Origin: a virus
Reading direction: 5' to 3' (one strand)
DNA length: 64,000 bases
IMG/VR virus record: IMGVR_UViG_3300030060_004280
Span: 40,995-104,994 of that record
Below are positions 59,201 to 64,000 of this stretch, one piece after another (position 1 is the stretch's first letter; every line of letters begins with the position of its first letter). The notes beneath the pieces were generated by a model, which was given only the letters and a program-made list of their open reading frames with translations, did no database searches and had not been told where the DNA came from. The position numbers and the translations under genes are program-made.

Positions 59201-62200
59201 TAATTTTGTCTGTTAGGATGCGTGTAACTTCTGTTCGCTTTTGCCTTATCAGCCTCACTCATGTGTTCACCCATATGAGCAAACTCATCATCAACCACTT
59301 TCATTTGTTTTCGCATTTCGTCCGCGTTTTTCAAATCATCCAATATTTCTTGTGTTACTGTAACACCTTTGTCTTTTAGCATGGCTAAAGCCGTGTCTAA
59401 ATCATCCGGTATAGGCACATGGTAACCGTTACCCGAATAATTAACTGCTGAACCTAATGTTTCTCCTAACCTACCTCGCAAACCACCTTCGACATCCAAA
59501 GGACTCATTTCTTGTCGTCTTGGAGTTTTGATGCCGCCATCTTGTGCCATTTTGTAACCGTGTCTAAACCTAAGATTTACACCATTATTGTTTTTGTATT
59601 CACTATCGTGTAGCGCGTCAAGCGCTGTTTGCAATTTACCTAATTCGGGTTTATCGCCATGCTCTTTCAACAGCGCAGACATTTGAGGGTAAAGATTTGC
59701 AAGAGTAGCCATATGAGCATTGTTAAGTGAAAACTTAACTGCGGCCTTAGCCTCCGCAAGCGCGTCTTCTAATTTTCCTTTCTCTTCGATTGCTTTATTG
59801 TAGCGTTGTATCTGTGAACTAAATCTTACTATATCGGGATTATTTTTACAATAAATAGTTGCTTTGTCAATTAATTTTTTATTTTCTGCTTTCATTTTAG
59901 CAAGTTCATCCGCTTTCTTTTCATTACCTTCAAGCGCTTCAATTTTCTCTCGGTTCTCTAATATTTTTGGTATATTCAAACGGTTCCATAAAACCATCTT
60001 ATCATTAAAACCGGGTATCTTCTTATCCTCAACGCCATCCCTTCTTTGTATTTTACCTTTCATATAGCGGTCGAGTTTAGACTGTGCCATTCCTTGTTGT
60101 TTATTACCGGATAAGTTGATAATTTCTTTAATCATTTTTCTTTTGGCTTTGCTTGACAATTCACCATCAAACAGTTGCGGAGCAGTTATTTTCTTGCTCG
60201 TCATACTCAACAAGTTAAACGCGCCTATGAGGTCTTTCTTCTGTTCTTTCTCCATATCCTGTAAATCTTGTTGCGCGCTTCGTTTTTCAGCACCGCTAAG
60301 AGAAGGGTAAGCATGTTTCCATACTTCTGCCGCTAATGGGTTTGCTTCAATGTCATGCGCTACACCCTTCGGCATTGCTTGAATCCATCTTGAGCCAACT
60401 CCATACTTTTGTGACAAATCTTCTGTCATACCCGGAGTTCTTTTAGCGGCCATCCTTTCGCATATTTGTTTGATGAACTTTGGGTTACCTATACTTCTTA
60501 ACTCTCCATCGGTCTGCGCCCATTGTTTTTCATCATCACCACGACCTTTCAATTCGTGATAGATGTTAGCAAGGTTGGGTTCCGTTCCACGCCCTATGGG
60601 GTCGGGGTTGTCTTCGGTTGCCAACTCACCTAATTCTAATCCCATCAAATTAGGAACTTTCATCAAGTCATACAAATATGGCGAAGTCATACGACCCTTA
60701 CCGCCTCTATTCTCTCCTACATTACCTGTGCGTTCGGGAGAACCAATACAATTAGCGCACATACATTCTTCTTTTATCTTACCATCTCTAAGTTCCTTGT
60801 GTTGCGTTTTTGCTTTGGTATGATGGTTTATATCTTTCATGTCTTTAGTGTGTCTTTTGTCAAGATAACTATACAACATTCTGTTCAAAGCATCGTTAAA
60901 CTCGCCTTTTCTTTGGTGTTGACCCATCTTATCCATCATTTTTACAACACCCGCGTTTAGATTATCATAATCAAATCCATCACCAAAGACTTCTCCAATT
61001 TGTTCTAAAAACTTCAAAGGTGTAATGCCTAACTCACGGATATTTTCGCGCAACTCATTGTTTTGACTTAGCCTTGTTCTCAACCATTGAGAGTCTAAGT
61101 TAGATGCGCGCATAGCGTCAATCTTTAACTCTTCTTCTGTTGGTTTTGTTCTTGGTCCTATAAGTCCCCTACCGTATCTTTTTGACGGCGGACTTAACAA
61201 CATTAGCAAATCCTTTTCGTTGTGTATTAGCGATGGGTCTTCTCCTTCTTTTTTCATTTTCCTTTTCGCTGATTGAAGAATATGATGAGTGCCAACAACT
61301 GTATTCATGAACTTTTTGAGTTTCTCTTCGCGTTCAAACGATGATAATTCATTTCCGTCTTTGTCAGCGTAAAGGTAGTGTCCTTCGGGAACATCCGGTA
61401 TTGACACTTGCTGTGCTTCTGTCAAATCAATGTCTTCTCGACCAAGACCTTTTTGAGCAATAATGTCACCAACTCTTTTATCATATTCCTCCCTGCTAAT
61501 TCTGTTGTTGTTAAGCATCTGTCTGTAATGCTCAACTTCGTTCATCATTTGTTGATGTTCAAGTTGCGCTAATGCATCTTGGTCTAACCCCTTTCCTGCT
61601 ATCGCGTCATATTTTTTACCTGTGCGTAAAAATCTCTTCATCGCCGCTTTGTTTGCTTTGGTTCTGTCAATAACATATTGCTTTCTCGCCGCCTTACCCA
61701 TACTTGCGAGTTCTTCTTTTGTCTTACCAAATAACAACCCTTCTTTGTTCTTACCGGATAGCGCGTCAAGGTTACCCATAGGAGTTCCTAAAGCACCCGG
61801 CTCGTCAATTCCTCTTGAGCCTACTTGGATTTCTTCATCTTTAAGTTCTCCTTGTCTATCTTTCTCATCGGCGGCAAATCCAAACTCTCTTGCATCATCA
61901 ACAAGACCGTAAGGTATGAGCGCTTCGCTCATTAATCGAGTGTTAGTTTTGATTGCGGGGTGTAAGAACTTCTTGTAATCTTCAACGCCTTTTCGGTCGG
62001 CGTATTCACCAATAGCGGTCGCAATAGTTTCTCTATAATTAGGGTCATATGGGCTTATTGCGTTACCACCAAAGGCTTTCATTCCCGCGAGTGGACCCAT
62101 CAACAAAGCGTCCGGCGCGTTGACTTTGATGGGTGTCGCTATACCTAATGTCTTAGCGACTTTTTTCCATGTAGGAGTCATAATTGGGTCGCTACCGCTT

Positions 62201-63570
62201 TCTTGCGGTCGACCGAACTCTAACTTCTGTCGCGCTCCTATACTTGTAGCATTGAGAGTTTGTTGTGCGTGTTTGTTAATTGAATCTTGGAGTCGCTGAT
62301 ACGCTCTTACAATTTTTTGTTGTTGGTCTTCTTGCCTTTCACCACCAACATCTCTATCTCCCTCCATAGACCTTCTAACGGTGTCTTTGATAACATCAAT
62401 TATGGCATCATGAGTGAAATTATTAGATTTGAAATCCAATTCTTCATCGCCGTCTTGTTGCAGGTTGGCTTCTTCAAAGAATTGTCGGTAAGCGTCGTCA
62501 AGAGCAACCGAATGAGGGCTACCACCGCGCGGTGATTCATCGCGCACATCATACGGCGGAACATCAGTAAATCCTCGCGACGCTCTATTCCTTGCTCTTC
62601 TTGCATCAGCCTCCCGAATAGCGCGATTTTCATTTCTTTCAGCCTGTTGTTCATCAGCCTCTTGTGGACTGAATGCGCCCTTCGCTACTCCCTGTTCGTA
62701 AAGGTCACTCGCGACTTTCAATAGTGGGTGAATATCCTCTTCATCCCCTCTTTGACCGCTATGCCAATCTAAAGCCTCCATTACCTTGTCCGGCCTCAAT
62801 ATCTTGTATGGGTTAAGCAAACCGAGATGGTGTGCAATCTGCTCATCTTTGACGGTTGCATCATAATTTGACGCATCCAAACCATTTTCATTTGCCTTGT
62901 CAATAAGGAAAGCGCTCATGGCCGGAGTAATGATTGGTTCTTTTTGGTGCGCTAACATAAATTCGTATGAGTCGATACCCGGCAAACTTTCAACAAACGC
63001 TTCTCCTAACATTTGGCTTATATCATTAAGAGCCTCTTCGGGTGTAGCGCCAAAAGAGATGTTTTCCTCGTAAGCAGACTTCAATGCATCAAAGACTTCA
63101 TGCATCCTTTGGTTGTCTATTTTTTTATGACGCGGAGTATCGTCCTCTTCTGCCGGTTTTGCCTTTTCATCAACTCTTACCTTTCGCGCTTCTTTTTCCT
63201 CCGCGAATGATGGTTTGCCCTGTTTCTGTCTTGCTTCGTCTAAACGCTTTTTTGAGTCTGCAATGAACTTTGCTTGCGCTTCTTCGTCTAACACTTTAGG
63301 TTTGAGTTCTTCATCTGTTGGTGGCTCGGCAGGTGGTAGCATTCTTTGTGCGCGTCTTTGGGCGCTTTCAAATGCCCTCTCTTTCGCATCTTGCACAGTC
63401 ACAAATGATTTCTGCCGCGCTCTTCGGTATGCTTTCTTTCTCCTTTTGGGGTCTTGCGCCTTACTTTTTTCTCGCTTTGTTCTTTTGCGAGCAATCCTTG
63501 CTTGACGCTTTTCTTCGTCTTTTGCTTTGACAAACACATAGCCTTTGCTGTTGTCGCGCTTGGAGAGCAT
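56287..63570 (-). CDS. ~2,430-aa charged helical protein with DnaJ-like Zn-finger motifs; possible internal virion protein
   Basis: Uninterrupted ORF; probable start MLSKRDN at 63570. Motifs CGTCGG, CPDC, CGQCLGRG and CMCANCIG; very basic N-terminus. Confidence 0.7.
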   Translation of the reverse strand: MLSKRDNSKGYVFVKAKDEEKRQARIARKRTKREKSKAQDPKRRKKAYRRARQKSFVTVQDAKERAFESAQRRAQRMLPPAEPPTDEELKPKVLDEEAQAKFIADSKKRLDEARQKQGKPSFAEEKEARKVRVDEKAKPAEEDDTPRHKKIDNQRMHEVFDALKSAYEENISFGATPEEALNDISQMLGEAFVESLPGIDSYEFMLAHQKEPIITPAMSAFLIDKANENGLDASNYDATVKDEQIAHHLGLLNPYKILRPDKVMEALDWHSGQRGDEEDIHPLLKVASDLYEQGVAKGAFSPQEADEQQAERNENRAIREADARRARNRASRGFTDVPPYDVRDESPRGGSPHSVALDDAYRQFFEEANLQQDGDEELDFKSNNFTHDAIIDVIKDTVRRSMEGDRDVGGERQEDQQQKIVRAYQRLQDSINKHAQQTLNATSIGARQKLEFGRPQESGSDPIMTPTWKKVAKTLGIATPIKVNAPDALLMGPLAGMKAFGGNAISPYDPNYRETIATAIGEYADRKGVEDYKKFLHPAIKTNTRLMSEALIPYGLVDDAREFGFAADEKDRQGELKDEEIQVGSRGIDEPGALGTPMGNLDALSGKNKEGLLFGKTKEELASMGKAARKQYVIDRTKANKAAMKRFLRTGKKYDAIAGKGLDQDALAQLEHQQMMNEVEHYRQMLNNNRISREEYDKRVGDIIAQKGLGREDIDLTEAQQVSIPDVPEGHYLYADKDGNELSSFEREEKLKKFMNTVVGTHHILQSAKRKMKKEGEDPSLIHNEKDLLMLLSPPSKRYGRGLIGPRTKPTEEELKIDAMRASNLDSQWLRTRLSQNNELRENIRELGITPLKFLEQIGEVFGDGFDYDNLNAGVVKMMDKMGQHQRKGEFNDALNRMLYSYLDKRHTKDMKDINHHTKAKTQHKELRDGKIKEECMCANCIGSPERTGNVGENRGGKGRMTSPYLYDLMKVPNLMGLELGELATEDNPDPIGRGTEPNLANIYHELKGRGDDEKQWAQTDGELRSIGNPKFIKQICERMAAKRTPGMTEDLSQKYGVGSRWIQAMPKGVAHDIEANPLAAEVWKHAYPSLSGAEKRSAQQDLQDMEKEQKKDLIGAFNLLSMTSKKITAPQLFDGELSSKAKRKMIKEIINLSGNKQQGMAQSKLDRYMKGKIQRRDGVEDKKIPGFNDKMVLWNRLNIPKILENREKIEALEGNEKKADELAKMKAENKKLIDKATIYCKNNPDIVRFSSQIQRYNKAIEEKGKLEDALAEAKAAVKFSLNNAHMATLANLYPQMSALLKEHGDKPELGKLQTALDALHDSEYKNNNGVNLRFRHGYKMAQDGGIKTPRRQEMSPLDVEGGLRGRLGETLGSAVNYSGNGYHVPIPDDLDTALAMLKDKGVTVTQEILDDLKNADEMRKQMKVVDDEFAHMGEHMSEADKAKANRSYTHPNRQNYSNPTGSLSRCGTCGGNTHINQDELISYAKAHHEELQGHSASSKAMRRWISQHARPAGYQSFEDYDAKNSCELGPMNHGEYACPDCQHWDSQVKGYVSDGVCGQCLGRGMLDPNDEHLIEQISHHPHKAGVAMDPEKLGRVLHKERVDAHSKPIDFGITDPARLLGEAGATFPPPEPQPSLEGVSPMSSNIIDEMFGDTGLSGLDLMLERINDGELPNIHTREELEAAKKRAKDATRNASIIDELKSGEQPMDFDDVFEEKPTGQMKLPLVQGDSPALKMAWHKEGQKAVNKQLQSIMRVAKNYGLGDVFMTDENGKPTNQSVYNAMVQKANALLEHKYADFEDEEHEVHDKFDALQKMLHNNIAMTPKQKQALGSNTEMYKKIEAMEDGEEKDKAMKKYMKSLYKNPTWTTPLLTHHAGRTVTPWELKHRSAFDNNEGWVHDKSPQAVYDFFAGNKRAANRIRSAFEMANGNEWDFIKEEEDKQIMDFLKDMDSVLEAGESPLQQSRKGVIKPNSQYLELKQGLNQGVPDDEYTKALPEGNVLHPNLEKHSKNAQNWLRPAARKTNEDGEVYWEVKPRHDALHMRIPNEISKIAKREFGEMAKMRAIMSFFNLQSNPEVKHMPDGADGTPMERILNADGNPMTLDEYKDANLTREQQSQLDNAIKAMVVDKNGNPIEDFEDKTGKGQLKSYHIVNRFPHPEAMNQSLMLQEHNFDDYLSERMNDADLKAQPHESKNFASKVFDFIRKNQEGRAFKHNEKHDMSYDDAMKIVENANKFYDMYHFPNLYLENKLHDYAELYGLDSMKDMKELLAADPTIMRDFEEDTNMIRAIHPTWSPLNVGLQESIDRARQLKIKAMERFGKDGLRGIQTRLPTAQGFANLMNMGPSQFRQELEDATEQHLGLREQQQIAAQRPGQTELNVEGQDFSTQQDQYGQVLNPRNVAVVSQPTTDEAGQPTGFVQVAPGYQRNE

Positions 63571-63594
63571 TATACGGGCGAGGAAGTGAATGCC

Positions 63595-63604
63595 CTTGAA
63601 GGTA
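63595..63604 (-). promoter_or_regulatory. Putative late promoter TACCTTCAAG-N24-ATG
   Basis: Identical 10-mer and spacing to the site at 41757-41766. Confidence 0.55.
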
Positions 63605-63709
63605 ACGGTCGTGGGGCAAAACGGTGTAGGAGAAGCGCGCCTCAAATATTTTTTATTTGAGATTTTTTTTTCTGTATTTCGCATGGGGTTAAGCAGGGCA
63701 AAAGTGCGC

Positions 63710-63992
63710 TCCGCTATGCGCTACTCCGGCGGCGCTATACGCTATAAGGCAAATGTCGCTATCGCTATCCGCTATGGCGCTATCGCTATCGTGGCGCTAT
63801 CTAAGTTTCATTAGCGCACATAAGGCACTTTCATAAGGCGCTATTAGTAGCGTAGCGTAGCCTTGCAGTATAGCGCTTTTGTGCAATAGCGTAGCGGGGT
63901 CGGCTGTTGTTGGCTCTTCATATCGCCATAGCGTAGCGCCGACCATATGGTTGGTATGCGCTATTTGTTGTCCGTTCTCCGCAAATAGCGCA
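63710..63992. repeat. CGCTA/TAGCG short-repeat cluster in non-coding DNA
   Basis: By hand count, about 12 CGCTA (mostly in the left part) and 9 TAGCG (mostly in the right part) in ~290 bp, next to a T-rich tract at ~63648-63680. Confidence 0.85.
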
Positions 63993-64000
63993 GACGCTCC

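Noticed and set aside
63571-63684. N-terminal extension of the 2,465-aa ORF, and similar extensions at 33052, 41831, 55462 and 20320
   Set aside because: These extensions run through promoter-like DNA or overlap upstream genes. Downstream ATGs have better RBS, coupling or promoter spacing.
855-63814. Numerous plus-strand and nested ORFs in the track (e.g. 22032..22598, 27073..27522, 33178..33849, 46836..47330)
   Set aside because: They are antisense or alternate-frame shadows of long minus-strand genes, mirror their codon bias, and lack RBS or motifs. Only 52668..52970 has a real protein signature.
63710-63992. CRISPR array
   Set aside because: Repeat units are 5-6 bp with irregular short gaps. 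There are no 25-40-bp repeats with unique spacers and no cas genes.

Overview
This window is the morphogenesis (late) region of a large head-tailed archaeal virus. It is most likely a magrovirus-like siphovirus of Marine Group II/Poseidoniales, inferred from GGTGA/GGAGG Shine-Dalgarno sites, the capsid/protease style and a ligase-like gene between portal and protease. About 40 tightly packed, often translationally coupled genes lie on the minus strand; only one credible gene is on the plus strand. In transcription order (right to left): a CGCTA/TAGCG repeat-rich non-coding end; a ~2,430-aa Zn-finger-bearing protein; a six-gene membrane module built around an Arf-like small GTPase; a TerS-like protein; several large low-complexity proteins; TerL; a LAGLIDADG fusion; portal; small head proteins; a 2,081-aa protein ending in a catalytically degenerate DNA-ligase fold; prohead protease/scaffold; HK97-fold major capsid protein; neck; tail tube; tail assembly chaperone with a -1 frameshift; tape measure; distal tail; a ~5,630-aa LamG tail-tip protein; baseplate genes. 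The most novel candidates are (1) the viral Arf-like GTPase plus membrane and Q-rich protein operon, a possible egress/lysis or membrane-remodelling system, and (2) a recurrent P-h-x-x-A-W-x-h-h-K leader on unrelated cargo proteins, including an ART-like one, which could be a capsid-targeting/protease-cleavage signal. No tRNA, rRNA, CRISPR array, intein or integrase was recognised. All calls come from reading motifs by eye; no database searches were run.
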